A DNA stretch of 64,000 nt, taken from assembly GCF_009914755.1 (NCBI RefSeq), contig NC_060926.1, one strand, 5' to 3'. The notes beneath the pieces are model-generated. The model ran no database searches and was not told the DNA's origin. It worked only from the letters and a program-made list of their open reading frames with translations. The translations under genes were made by a program, and so were the position numbers. Source of the stretch: the human T2T-CHM13v2.0 reference genome, Homo sapiens. Each line of letters starts with the position of its first letter. Position 1 is the stretch's first letter. This document shows, one piece after another, positions 12,950-27,009 of this stretch.

Positions 12950-13310
12950 AAAGAGTGTAATGGACTGCAGAAGAAAGGGGCTTCATCTTAATCTGGAAAG
13001 ACAAGAAAAGGTTTAGAGAGAAGGCTTTTGTTGAGCCAAGTCTGGAAGCATAAGTAGATAAGGAAGAAAGAGTTTTCCAGGCACAGGAAGCAGCATGAAC
13101 ACAAGAAGACAGGAAACAGCAGGCCTTGCATAATGATCTCCAGAGGTTTTGTAGGATTTAAGTGTAGAACAAAATGGTTACTGGGGTATCAGGCACTGAA
13201 CAACAAAAAGTGCTGAAGATGCCTGTGGTGATCATTTCATGCTAAGGAGTTTGCACTTTGTTCCAAAGGCAAATTGAACCAATGAAGAATTTTAAGCAGC
13301 TTAAGATGTT
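12950..13310 (-). mobile_element. L2 fragment
   Basis: tttccaggcacaggaagcagcatgaaca...catgctaaggagtttgcactttgttcc...ccaatgaagaattttaagcag. Confidence 0.7.
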
Positions 13311-13627
13311 TGAATGGTTTCTTATTGCACTTGGGATAAAGTTTAACATCCTTAACATGGTGGCATGTTGGTTTCCTTTGGGCATCTGTTAAAGCTTATG
13401 AACCATTTTTCAGAATAATATCTTTAAATACGTAAAGTAAAAAGGTAACGAAAGCGACCAATTTTACTGAAGTAAAGAGTTCTACTCATCAGCTTGGAGT
13501 CTGTGGATCCCGGGATAGAAACCACTCAAGGACCTGGCTTCTGTTCTTACTCTCTCCCTTCTCCCACCTTGAGCTCAGAGACCCAAGAACAATGGCTGTT
13601 CTTCTTCTCCATCAAAATGCCATGTTC

Positions 13628-14230
<603 letters not shown>

Positions 14231-15128
14231 TTAAATATTTTTTTAAATTTTAAAACCGTTTTGGATTTACAGAAATCTTACAAAGATAGAATTACCATAT
14301 ACTCAACACCCAGTTTCCCATTATTAATATCTTATATTAGTATGGTTCACTGATCACAATAAATAAGTATTGATACATTATTCTTTAACTAAAGCCCATT
14401 CTTTATTCAAACTTCCTTAGTTTTTACCTAGTGTCAGTTTTCTGTTTTAGGATCCCATCCAGGATATCATCTTATGTTTAGTCATTACTTTTCCTTAGGC
14501 ACCTCTGGGCTGTGACCACTTCTCAGACTTTCTTTATATTTGATAACCTTGACAGTCTTGCATACTGGCCACGTATTTTGTTGAATGCCCTCCATTTGGG
14601 ATTTGTCTGGTATTGCTCTCACAATTAGACTAGGGTTATGGGTTTGGGGAAGGAAGACCACAAAAATAAAGTGTTGTTCTCATCACATCATATCAAGGGA
14701 ACATACTGTCAACATGACTTATCACTGCTTATGTTAACCTTGACCACCTGGCTGAGGTAGTACTTTTCAGATTTCTCCACTGCAAAGTTATTCTTTTTTT
14801 GCCCTTTGCATACTATACTTTTTGGAAGGCAGTCACAATGCATAGCTCACACTTAAGGAGTAGTGAGTTATGCTCTACCTCCTTGATGGTGAAATATATA
14901 CATAAATTATTTGGAGTTTTTTCTGCAAGAAACATTTGTCTATTTCCACCCACTTTTTAATTTATTGAGTCATTCATTTATATCAGTATGAATGCATGGT
15001 TATTTATCTTATATTTTATGTTATAATTCAATACTACCTTATTTATCTTATTGCTCAATTTGTTCCATCTTTGGCCATTGGAAGCTCTTTCAGTGGACAC
15101 CAGTGTCCCTTTAATATAATCCCATCAT

Positions 15129-15132
<4 letters not shown>

Positions 15133-15171
<39 letters not shown>
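15133..15171. repeat. (TG)n microsatellite
   Basis: About 19 TG units. Confidence 0.98.
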
Positions 15172-15173
<2 letters not shown>

Positions 15174-15629
15174 TTCCCCCTGCACTTCCTTACCTTCTGG
15201 CATAAGAATATACTCCAAACTCATCATACATATTTCCTGCCCCAATTCTAGAATTGGCCATTTTCCAAGGAACCCTGGTTCCTTTTATTGGAGAAACATA
15301 TTAAAAGCCAAGATCTGGGCACTGAGAGTGCTCATTGCTACTGGGAGTACAAGAGTCATTACTTTTAGGTCGTTTCAGCTGACAGAGCAAGTAACATGTT
15401 TACATATTAACCCATGTATATAGTCACATTCATAAATATTTTAATAGGTGACCTTTTGTACCTACATTAAGCTAAATAAGAGTCATACTGATGTCTCCAA
15501 TTCTAATTCATCACTAAAGATCATTCTAGCCCCCTCCCTTTTGCCTATTGTAACTTACCACTGCAACATTGAGAAATCTGACTTCCACCATCTGCAATCA
15601 CTTCTTTGTGCAATTCCATTATACATGTA

Positions 15630-15986
15630 CAGATGCTCCTCAACTTAGAATGGGGTTATGTCCCAATAAATCCATCATAACTGGAAAATATCATAAGTAG
15701 AAAATGCAGTTAATACACCTAACCTACCAAACATCATGGCTTAGCCTAGCCTACCTTAAATGTCCTCAGAACACTTACATTAGCCTACAATTGGACAAAA
15801 TTATCTAACACAAGGTCTATTTTATAATATAGCATTGGCCATTTTATACAATTTATTAAATACTGTACTGAAAGTAAAACACAATGACTGTATGGGTACT
15901 TGAAGTACAGTTTCTATTGAACACATATTGCTTTCACATAAAGTCAAAAAATCTTAAGTCAAACTTTGTAAATCAGGGACCATCTG
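15630..15986 (+). mobile_element. MER47A (TcMar-Tigger MITE)
   Basis: TIRs cagatgctcctcaactt ... aatcagggaccatctg, TA target on both sides, ~357 bp. Confidence 0.9.
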
Positions 15987-16552
15987 TATAATGGTTTCAG
16001 AATTGTTTGCCCATAGGAAAAACTTTATTAACTGGATTACAGCTTTGTGTAGTTCTTTTGCCTTTAGTCCTACAAACTCCATTCATTTCTAAAGTTACTT
16101 GAGTCAGCACCTTTTTTTCTTCACACTCTTCAATGATGTTGTTTCATATATTTGTAATATAGTTAAATTATTTTGTCACATACTACATTTCATCCTGGGA
16201 CCTCCTCGACCCCTAAATGATTTTTTTACGTGTTCATACACTAACATTTACTCACCGTAAAGTTTTAGAGGCTTTGACAAAAGCAAAGCATTATGTGTCC
16301 ACTATTATAGCATCTTACAGAATGGTTTCACCATCCTAAAGCATACCCTGTGCTTCTCTTATTCAATTCTTCCTTCTTCCCATCCCCTAGATCCCTGACA
16401 AACACTATTAGCCATCTCTATGATCTTGCCTTTTTCAGAATGTCATAGAAATGAAATCAGACAATCTGTAACCTTTTCAGAGTGGCTTCTTTCACTTAAC
16501 CACATGTGTTTGAAATTCATCCTGTCTTTGCATGGCTTAAGAATTCATTCCT

Positions 16553-16941
<389 letters not shown>

Positions 16942-17169
16942 TCACTGTTGAGGGATATCTTGGTTGCTTCCAGTTTTTGGTGATTGTGAATGAAACTATA
17001 AACATTTTTGTGCAGGTTTTTATGTTAACATATGTTTTCAAAGCAGTTGGATAAATACTAAGAGCACAGTTTTTGGATTATATGCTAACACTTATATTCA
17101 GCTTAGTAAGACACCACTAAACTGTCTCCAAAAAGGGACTGTATCAATGCATTTTAAAATGAATTATAA

Positions 17170-17580
17170 AAAGTTATTCAGGTGTCAATATGCAGATGGT
17201 AGAAGGGCTTAAATTTAATTAAGAGACTGCTGCAATGGTTCAGGCCAGAGATAATGAATTTCTGGAATAAGGAGCAGCTGGGGGTAGAGGGCCTCCCAGC
17301 TCCCAACTCTTAATGACCTTGAAGATAAAGACATAGAATCCGTAGGATATGACCACCAACTTGATGTGAGATTATGATGACGTATTGTGGCTCCCAGGCA
17401 TCCAGTTAAGGTAATTTAGTAAGGGGAAATAGAGAAAAGGGAACTTTGGAAGGAGTGGAGGTTTTTGAAACATTTTGATCGCATGAATCTTAGGTGTCTT
17501 GTCAGATTTCTCCAAGTGTGGAACTTGGCAAGGGAAATGTCATTAAGCAATTGTACCATGAGTCCTGAGCTCAGAAAACA
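17170..17580 (-). mobile_element. L2 fragment
   Basis: agactgctgcaatggttcaggccagagataatg...catagaatccgtaggatatgaccaccaacttgatgtg...ggctcccagg. Confidence 0.6.
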
Positions 17581-19334
17581 AACCTGCTTATCATGTTAGA
17601 AAGAAATAAAATTACTCACAGTTGTAAAGAGCCCTGTAGTAAATTCTAACATACTAAACTGTCAATTTTAGTTTAAGAAACACAGTTTTCATTAAATTTA
17701 AATCTTTGCCATGGATGTATTTGTCTAAGTGACAGTGGCTTCACAATGAAGATAGATATCAGCTTCTCCAACCTTGTAGGCCTGGTTGCTAAATTATTTC
17801 ACCTGCCAGCCTGTATAATTCAACCTCCATTCACCATTTATATGCTGAATATTTTCTAAGATTACCAATATTGTATTTCAGAACCGAGAGAGAGCGTTTG
17901 AAGACCATCTAGTTGAGGCATTTATTCTTGAGGATGAGCTTAATCACATATGTAGTTGAACCTAATCAACTCAATTACTATCATCTTACTATATGTCTGT
18001 GCTTCTTATAAAATCAGCTTAGGCCCTTTTGAAGAAAAAGCAACATTTAATTGTTATTCACAATAATACGTTGTTCCAAAACCTGGGATGAAGGTAATGT
18101 TGCATTTCTTTGCTTTTCTAAATCTAATCAAATCTAACTCCAATTCTCTGCCTACCAAAATTGGCAAGAGATCCAGTTCCAGCATCAGTACTTTTTTGGG
18201 ACTTCTTCCCACTCTCTTGGGCACATGAGGTCCTAGAAAATATAGGAGCAGGCCTGGACCTCAGGTTTTGAAGGTTGATGCTGCCATTGTGCTTTGCAGA
18301 GGCCACTGAGGGCTGGAAAAAGATGGCTGCTCTGTGGTGGCTTCAGTCCCTTATGGCAACCTCAGTCACTAGAGACTCTCACCAAGGCAGAGCAGTTGGT
18401 ATCACAGGTCTCACAGGCTCCTACCCCTTCTACATCTTGCTGCCTTAGACGACCTTCCAGAAGACTTTTTGCTACCCTCCCTTTGTCGTTATTCCATTCC
18501 TGGCAGGGGCGGGGGGGACGGGGTGCCATTCCATTGGGGTTAAATCACTCCCTTCCTTACTCTGAAAGCACAAAACTTCCATTTCATCTGGCCTTCCAGA
18601 CAATTCATCTTAATTATCTCTAGAGCAGGAGTTGTAATTTCTATTGAGCAAACAGGACAGCAGATGAGTGAAGCTAGCTAGGATTAAAACAGACAAGTTA
18701 GGAACTACATACCCTGTCTACACGGGCAGCACCCCCCCAACGATACCAGGTCTTTGGATTCAACAAGAAGCCAAGAATACACAGTTTAAGGGAATTTCCT
18801 CAAACTTCAAAATATTAACTGATTCAAAATATTTCAAAACGTTGTTCAAACCAAACAAAAAAATGCAATTACTCCCAACTGGAGTTAAGGGAAATTCACT
18901 ATACTTCAGGAGTAAAGGCTGAATGGGCTGCAGATTCATTAAAAAACAACAAAAATAACCAACAACGTATGCTATGATGGGATACACAGCATGTTGTGTG
19001 TTGTTTTTTTTAATGAGTCTACAGCAGGAGAATTCATTTGAAAGTTAAATAGTCAACTTTGTTACATAATACCTTACAATGTTTCGCATGTATGACCTAA
19101 TTTGGACAATCGAATGACAAATGTCTGTGTTAAAACATGAAGCCATTTTGGACGAGGGCTGCATCCTTTGGTTTCTCTTCTACTGATTTTTCCCAGTGTT
19201 CTGCCCAATGAATATTCAATAACTACCACAATTATGGATGGATTAATAGAGAGGAGGAAGTGGACGATCTAGTTACTGTTTCCTGGTAATACAGCAAGTC
19301 AACTTAATAATGTATTTCTGTTTGAAGCAATGTA

Positions 19335-19755
19335 CAGATGCTCCTTGACTTACGATGGGGTTATGTCCTGATAAACCCCTTATAAATGTAAAGTATCAAA
19401 AGTCAAAAATACATTTAATACACCTAACCTACTGAACATCACAGCTTAGCTTAGCCTACCTTACACGTACTCAGAACACTTACATTAGCCTACAGCTGGT
19501 CAAAGTCATCTGGCAACACAGTCCACTGCGGGGGTATTGGTTGTTTACTCTCATGGTATCGTGGCTGGATGGGAGATGTGGCTCGCTGCCCCTGCCCCCA
19601 GCATCACAAGATTGTATTGTACTGCATATTGCTAGCTCAGGAAAAGATCAAAATTCAAAATTTGAAGTATGGTTTCTACTAAATGAGTATCACTTAGCAC
19701 CATTGTAAAGCTAAAAAAATCATAAGTCAAACCTCCATAGGTTGGAGACTAACGG
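19335..19755 (+). mobile_element. MER47B (TcMar-Tigger MITE)
   Basis: ta|cagatgctccttgacttacgatggggttatgtcctgataaaccc; same arms as the 15630 copy but a different interior; ~420 bp. Confidence 0.88.
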
Positions 19756-20165
19756 TAACCCTTTGATAACAGTGTGTGGGTCATATGTGTGTGAAAAAGA
19801 AAAAAAAAGTCATGACTATTGAAGCATTTTATGAAAATCATCTGAAGGCAAAAGCATAAATCTAGTCACAGGACTCATATAGCAGAAAGGTCCCTGCAAA
19901 ATAAAGGTGCCTCTCTTATTAAAGTAAGAAGTACAGGCTTTAAGTTATTGAAACGAATTAGTATCTCTGTGGCTTGAATTTTCAGAAAGTAAAAACTCAT
20001 TTAAATTTATCATGATCATAGAGAGATTCACAGGAAATCACTATGCATGCTTTTCTCGTTGAAATGCAAAGAGTGCCATGCTTAGTATTCAATGCACTAT
20101 GATTCTGAACAATGGCAAACACTGAGGACCCCCATGTACCACTGTGTCCCACATCAGAGGCCTCC

Positions 20166-20258
20166 TTAACTCAATGCATGATGCATTGAGTTATACGCTA
20201 TCTATAATTATATGTTATCCATAATGCATATAATGCATGATGCATTGAGTTAATGCAT
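20166..20258. repeat. Palindrome plus direct repeat built on ATGCAT
   Basis: taactcaatgcat-g-atgcattgagtta (13-bp perfect arms); aatgcatgatgcattgagtta repeated at 20173 and 20232. Confidence 0.95.
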
Positions 20259-20299
20259 CTCATCATATAATGAACTCTGTTAAAATATTGCCTTACTTC

Positions 20300-20742
20300 A
20301 CCTCTGTGGCATTCTTCTCCAAAACCCATCATCTCACTCTAATCATGAGGAAAATATCAAACTCAAATTAAAGGGCATCCTGCAAAATACATAACCAGTA
20401 TCTTTCAAAACTGTCAAGGTCATGAAAAACAAGAGATAGTGGAGAAACTGCCACAGATCAGAGGAGATTAAGTATATGTAACAATTAAATGCAATGTGAT
20501 ATCCTAGACGGGATACTGGAACCGGGAGATGACACACATTAGTGAGAAAAGTTGTGAAATCCAAATAAAATCTGTAGTTTAGTTAATAGAAATGTATCAC
20601 TGTTTTGGCAAATGCGTCTTGGTTGTGTGGGACATTCACAGTAGAGGAAAACAGGAAAGGGTATCTGAAAACTCTGTAATGTCTTTGCAGCTTTTTGTAA
20701 ATGTAGAATTATTCCAAAATTAAAAGTTTATTTTTAAAAATT
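20300..20742 (+). mobile_element. L1ME/L1MC 3' UTR fragment
   Basis: tctaatcatgaggaaaatatcaaac...ttcaaaactgtcaaggtcatgaaaaacaag...aaatgcaatgtgatatcctag...attattccaaaattaaaagttt. Confidence 0.85.
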
Positions 20743-20899
20743 GTTTTAATGCCCTAAAGTTAGTTTCCAGGGTACTCTCTCTAACTTCACTTCTTCAGTC
20801 AAGCAGCTAGTAATAGGCTCTGGACATTAAAGTTTCAAGTGAACACTTTTGTTTTTCATTACTTTGGCTTCTAGAGAGCCTTTCCTAAGTCAATATATT

Positions 20900-21170
20900 G
20901 GTCAGAAAGGAATCTCTTGGGTACAAGTGACAGACATTTTAACTCAAAATAGCGAACAAAAATGAGAATTTCTTGGTTCATATAATGGAAAATCCAAGGT
21001 AGCGCTTGCTCCAGAAAAAAGGGATGTATGTGACCTGTTCTTCCTAGTCTGTGGTTCTTGCCTTCAGCTCTGTTGGCCTCATCCTGAAGCCCTTTATCAA
21101 GACCTCTGCAACTCCAGGCTTATATCCTCTGAGTTCAAGTTCACCAGAAAAGAGAGTATGCTTCTCTTAT
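20900..21170 (-). mobile_element. Old MLT1-type LTR fragment
   Basis: ctcttgggtacaagtgacagac...aactcaaaatag...gaatttcttggttcatataa...ctctgttggcctcatcct. Confidence 0.5.
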
Positions 21171-21184
21171 ATAGTTGTATCTAC

Positions 21185-22650
21185 ATTAAAGAAATGAAGA
21201 CTCTTATAAATGATAAAAATAAGAGTATATATAAAAGATAATTTTGTTAATTTTAATATCTGTAAAAGGAAATTAAGATGGAGACTGAACAAGCTTTTCT
21301 GTAAATGGCCAGATAATATTTGAGCTTTGTGAGCCATATAATATCTCCATTATATATTCTTCCTTGTTCTTGTTGTTGTTTATACAACCATTTACAAATA
21401 TAAAAGCCATTCTTAGCTCACAGACTGTATAAAAACAGGCCATGGGCAGGATTTGGCTTGCAGGTCATAGTTTTATGCCCCCTGATCTAAAGCAAAATAC
21501 TAACTACATATGCTGGGGTTACATGCAGAAGTAAAACGTGTAGCAACAATAACATGGGAGGAGGAAATAAATGAGAGTGGGAAAAGCATATACAATGTTT
21601 CAAGGTTCTTACACTATAGGAGAAGTTGTATAATAATGTCTGGAAGTAGACTGTTGTAACTTAAAGGTGCTTATTTTAAACCCTAAAGCAATCACTAGAA
21701 AAATTAAAAAGTGGAGATAAAATGGAATTATTAAAATATTAAAATATTTTTAAAAGACACAAAAGGAAAAAGAAATGAGACAAATAACTTGAAAGATGGT
21801 AAACTTAAATCCAACCGTATCAATAATTAAGTTAAATATAAATAATCTAAATACCCCTATTGGAAGGTAGAGATTGTCAGATTGAATTAAAAACAATACC
21901 CAACTATATGCTGTCTTTAAGAAATCCACTTTAAATATGTAAAGACATATGTATGTTAAAAGTAAAAGGATGAAAAAAGATACACCATGCAAACCTAGTT
22001 ATAAAAAAACTGAAGTGGTTATGTTAATTAATATCAGATAAATTAGATTTTACAACAAGTAATACTACCAAAAGTAAAAAGGGACATTACATTATGATAA
22101 AGGGTCCATTACTCAAAAGCCATAAAAATACAAAAATGTTTATGTATCTGTCAACAAAAAGTCAAATACGTGAAGCAACAGATAGGATTGAAAGAAGAAA
22201 TAAACAAATTCACAATACTAGTTGAAGACTTTAACATCCCTCTCTCAGCAAGCAGTAGAGCAAGGAGATAGGAAAATCAGTAAAGATATAAAAGAAAACA
22301 CTATCAATCAACTTGACATCACTGACATATATAAGACCCTTCACCTAATAATAGCAGAATACACACTCATTTCAAGTGCACACGAAACATTCACCAAGAG
22401 AGAGCATAGTCTAGGCCATAAAGAAGGTCTCAAAATTTTTTTAAATTAAAATCATATAAATTATGTTCTATGACCACAACAGAGTTTAACAGAAATCAAA
22501 AGCAGAAAGCTATCTGGAAAACCCTACGTACTTGAAAATTGAACAACGCACTTCTACATAACTCATGGGTCAAAGAAGAGGACACAAAGTGAATCAGAAA
22601 ATATTTTAGTTTAATAAAAATGAACCCAAAACATCAAAATTTGTGGGAGG
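21185..22650 (+). mobile_element. Old L1M fragment: inter-ORF region and ORF2 endonuclease domain (dead)
   Basis: From ~21810 a degenerate match to ISIITLNVNGLN..IKR.RL..WIKK..PTICCLQETH; later ...ETFTKREHSLGHK (ORF 22222-22449); stops and frameshifts. Confidence 0.88.
21280..21485 (+). mobile_element. MER58 (MER58C-like) hAT-Charlie MITE inside the L1
   Basis: ttttctgtaaatggccagata...gccattcttagctcacag...aaaacaggccatgggcaggatttggcttgcaggtcatagttt...cccctg. Confidence 0.8.
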
Positions 22651-22659
22651 CTAATATAA

Positions 22660-24470
22660 CAAAACTTTTGAGTTGCTACTATGAACCAAGCACTCTTTTA
22701 GATACTGGCAACCTACTAGTGAAAAAACAAAGATCTTTACCTTTGAGGTGTTTATATTCTAGTGGGGCTGGGGTGGGAAGGTAGACCATAAACAATAAAC
22801 AAATAAATAATCTAGAACGTTAGTATATGATGCATGTTTCCAGCAAGAAAAAGTGTGAGCAGAGGAAGGGAAATGGAGAGAGCTGGCAGGAAGAAAGGTT
22901 GCAGTTCAATTTGGATGGTCACAGTAGGCCTCATTTTGAAGGGGACTTTTGAGCAAAGACTTGAAGGAGTTGAAGAAGTTAGCCAAATAATTATGAGAAG
23001 GAAGAGCATTCTAAGACTGAGAACACTGGATCAAAGTTTCTAGAGTGAAAGCATGCCAAGCATGGTCTAGAACAGCAAACAAATCAATGTGGCTGGAACA
23101 GAGAGAGGAAGATAGGAGAAGGTCAGTGGTATATCAAGTTATCACCTCATGTATTGTCTTGTAGATGATTGGAAGAACTTCAGCTTTCACTCTGAGTGAT
23201 ACAGGATCCATCACAGGGTTTTGAGCAGAGGAGTGACATGCTGTGTTCTGGAATAAACTATAAGTAGTAAGGGTAAAGAAGGGAGACCAATAAGAAATCT
23301 CCACCAATAATGCAGTGGTTATTGCAATAAATGAAAGGAAGAAATATCAGCAGCTTGGGCCAAGGTGGTAGGAGTAGAGGCGGTGAGAATTGGTTAGATT
23401 CTAGATATATTTACAAGAAAGAGCCTTAAAAAGTTCCTGATGTATTATATGAGATGTTGAAAGAAAATAAGAGTCAAGGATGATTCAAGATGTTTAGTCT
23501 GTACAATTGAAAGATGGAGTTGTCATTGATTATTTAATCAATGACAAGGCTGTGAGTAGAACAGATTTGGAAGTAAAATGTAGGGTTTAGTTTTAAACAT
23601 AACAAAGATGTGGAAGAGGCAGCCGAATATAAGAGTCTGCTGTTCATAAAAGTGAGATCTAAACTGGAGATATAAGTTTGGGAGTGTCAGCATATAGACT
23701 GTATTTCCATCAAAGTCCTGGCAGGAAATAAAGGGTATATTCAAATTGAGTAATTGAGAAGAGAAATATTTTCAAAGATGTGGATAGGACTTAAGGAAAT
23801 CCACAAGGAATGGTAGAGTAGTCTAGAGCTATTAACGTCCCTAGTATAAAAAGGCAAGGTAAGGAACACTCATCAGATCTGAAGAGGGTGGCTTTATAAG
23901 GAGGGTGACCTGACAAGAAATGTAACCTTCAATAGAGGAATGCAGCCAATCTGTTGCAATTGACAGAGAATAAACACTCCAATCTGTCTTTCCTTCTACC
24001 CTCCTATCACATCCCAGGGCCCTTAAGGGCCAAGCCCAGATGAAAATTAAAGGCCAAGGAAATGTGTTGCTATGCCTTCCCAGAGAGCAGGGTGGAAAAT
24101 GGTGGACAGCAAATTTAGAGAAGCCCGTGGAAAGTATGAAGCATAAAGATTATATAAAGTCATGAGTCTGGATGAGATCAGCAATGAATGATACATGGAT
24201 AGAAAAGCAAGAAGACTTGACATTGAGCCCTGGGGCCTTCCAACATGAAGAGGAGCTGGGGAATAGTGGTGACTAGGGAAGTAGGAGGAAACACAAAAGT
24301 GTGGTTCTGGGAAAACAGTGATTCAAGAAGGAGGAAGTAGTTTTGTCAAAAGCTTCCAGTGGATGAGGTACTGAAAATTGGCCAGTGAATTTAGTAGCAT
24401 GGCGGTTACTGGCTAACTGAATAAAAGCCACTTGGGCAAGGTAGCCGGGCAAACTTCTAATTGGAGATAC
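22660..24470 (-). mobile_element. Long L2a fragment, interrupted by an LTR33-like element
   Basis: tactatgaaccaagcact...tatattctagtgggg...tttgagcaaagacttgaaggag...agtcaaggatgattcaag...tggagatataagtttgggagtgtcagcatatag...ggactgaaaattg-like end. Confidence 0.85.
23765..24140 (-). mobile_element. ERVL LTR (LTR33-like)
   Basis: ttcaaagatgtggataggacttaaggaaatccacaaggaatggt...gaggaatgcagccaatc...gagaataaacactccaatct...cagagagcagggtggaaaatgg. Confidence 0.65.
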
Positions 24471-24489
24471 TGAAGAAAAACAATGTATT

Positions 24490-24742
24490 GGCTGAGTAAG
24501 GATGCTCATGCCTATAATCCCAGCACTTTGGGAAGCTGAGGCCAGAGAATGAATAATACTAATTTTTAAAAAAATCTTAGCTGGGTCTGGTGGTGCACAC
24601 CTGTTTTCCCAGCTATTCAGGAGGCTGAGGAGGGAGGATTGCTTAAGCCCAGGATTTCGGGCTAGAGTGAGCCATAATTGCACCACTGCACTCCAGCTTG
24701 GGTGACACAGCGAGACCCCATTTCTAAAAAAAATAAAACAAA
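24490..24742 (+). mobile_element. AluJ with an internal deletion in the left arm
   Basis: gctcatgcctataatcccagcactttgggaagctgaggcc jumps to the A-rich linker; right arm ggaggattgcttaagcccagg...cactgcactccagcttgggtgacacagcgagacccc. Confidence 0.93.
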
Positions 24743-24903
24743 ATGATCTTCTGACTGAAAAATGTACGCAAAAAAAAAAGTTTGAATGTAGGAGAACAAT
24801 GTAGAAAGCTAAAATAGGTTCTGCTCAGTGAAGAACCAGCTCTGATAAATTTGCAATGAAAGGCAGATTTAGTAGAGAAATGTTGACTCTTTAAAAATTG
24901 TTA

Positions 24904-24945
24904 CAGCCTGGGTGACAGAGTAAGACTCTGTCTCTTTAAAAAAGA
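24904..24945 (+). mobile_element. Isolated Alu 3'-terminal fragment
   Basis: cagcctgggtgacagagtaagactctgtctctttaaaaaag. Confidence 0.9.
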
Positions 24946-26391
24946 ATGCAAGGAAAGAAATTGAGCTAAGTGCTATTTCAAGATTTTTTTCTACAAAAAG
25001 GAACAAAAAAATGGGATAGTGGCCTGTATGGGAAGTAGAGTCAGGATAAGGCTTTGTTTTTTGATGTCATTTTGTTTTGTCTTTTTAAAGGGAAGAGATT
25101 ACACAATGTTAGCCTTCTGATGGGCATGATCTAATAGACAGCTAAATCATTGCTGATGTAGGAGAGAGAGGGAAGAAATGCACACCAATGTCCTCCCATG
25201 GGGGAGACAGATATGGCACAAAAGCGCACTCTGAGGAAGATATTAGTACAGAACTCGCAGGCCTACTCTGAGGCCTGAAAGAAAAAATGCAGGAAAAAGC
25301 ATTTGTTTCTAGGCTGCAGAAAGTACTCAGCAAATGCTAGCCATTACTACTACTATTATTATTTTACTAACTTTTCTTGGCCCCCTTTTTTCTCATCTAT
25401 AGTAATAAGCTGGCATACATTTCAAATGAGCTGGCATACAGCTCTAACAAGCTTTTAGATGAGATTACTCAAGAAGCTGCACGTGATATCTAAAGAGGAC
25501 CTAATCTCCAAGTCCAGATCACATGAGGTCACCTTGTAATATTTAAGATGAAGCCAAAACACAACCTAAATACATACAACCATAAGTGAAATTTAATGGT
25601 GTGCATTAGGAGGAATTATAGTGCCACTGGGCCTATTACTACAGGAGGAAAATGGTTAACAAAGAGAATTCTCATAACACCTGAGTTTCTAAGACTCTCT
25701 AAAAGCAAATGAGTCTGTACTCCAACTGTAGACTCAGTTGCTATGTAAACTGTTCTTCATAAGGCATTTAAAGACTTAGCGCAAGTGGCTTGAGGTTTAA
25801 TCTTTTAATTCCATTGCGCCATACGTTCCTTGTAGGTTCAGTGAACAAGGAATTCAGATATAATATTAGAAACCCATTTTCAGGAAAGGGCTTAGGGATG
25901 GAAAAAAATGTGCCGAATTTTAGTGCACAAAAGAGACTCCAGACTAATCTCTAGATTTACTTGGTCTAACGGTAATTCTCGTGCAGGGATCCTGCTGCAG
26001 AGACACATGCTTACCCAGTAAATTGTCTAGGGTGCACCTCCCTACCATTCACCCTCCTCCCTGAACAGCACCACCAAAGGCTGTCTTTATTAAAGGGCTT
26101 GTATTGATGGAATCTGTTTACAGACATGCCAATTTGGGTCATTTCCTCCCTGATAAAAGGCCCAATTCACTGTGAAACAGTATGTGCCACTTATGAACTT
26201 GGGGACATTTGCACTTTAGAATAGTAGAAATAGTCAGATGTCCACATTATAAAACACAGGGTGCATGTTGGAACCACTTGTCACCTAGCCAAGCAGAATG
26301 AAGGCCACTGGCTCTCCAGAGGTGGCCCTGCCACCTCAGACACACATACAGGGCCCTGGCTGTGATGCTGCTCCATGCCTGGTGAAAACCA

Positions 26392-26392
<1 letters not shown>

Positions 26393-26443
<51 letters not shown>
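26393..26443. repeat. (AC)25 microsatellite
   Basis: Uninterrupted AC run. Confidence 0.99.
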
Positions 26444-26447
<4 letters not shown>

Positions 26448-27009
26448 AAGTAAGTATTTGATGGGATCTTGAAGACGAATGGCATGAGGACTAATTAAAG
26501 TCATAGATCCCATGAGAGCAAATAGGCATGTTTGGATGACATTTAGGAACCATCTCCCATATTGAATATATGTACATTAGCGGCCCTGTAAAAGATAGAG
26601 AAATACAGTGTTGGGAAAAACAAATCACGATTCATCCAGCCTGAATAACCAGAGCTCGTTTACATATATGAGATTTCATTTTATTTTTTACGAGTCACTT
26701 GAGGGCCAGGCACATTTTATATTCGCGCTTTGAGGAAGTGCTGAACATGCTCTTCTTCCTCTTTCCCTCCTCCCCTCAAGAACTTGATGAGTGGGCAAAC
26801 ATTTGGGATACTCCTTGGCACTTTTCTAAAATCACTTATCAGAATTCTCTTCAGTTTTTAATTATTGGTTCCTTTAACTCTTTCACGGCTCTTAGGCCAG
26901 GATTTCAGAAGCTGGGAGCCATGAGCAAAGTGGTTGGGACAGGGAGGCTGTATGGAGATTTTGGCCTACACACAGTGTCCCAAATTTCTAGTTTGGACAA
27001 AGAAGATAA

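Noticed and set aside
26319-26337. 8-bp inverted repeat gaggtggc-cct-gccacctc
   Set aside because: Short enough to occur by chance; no supporting context
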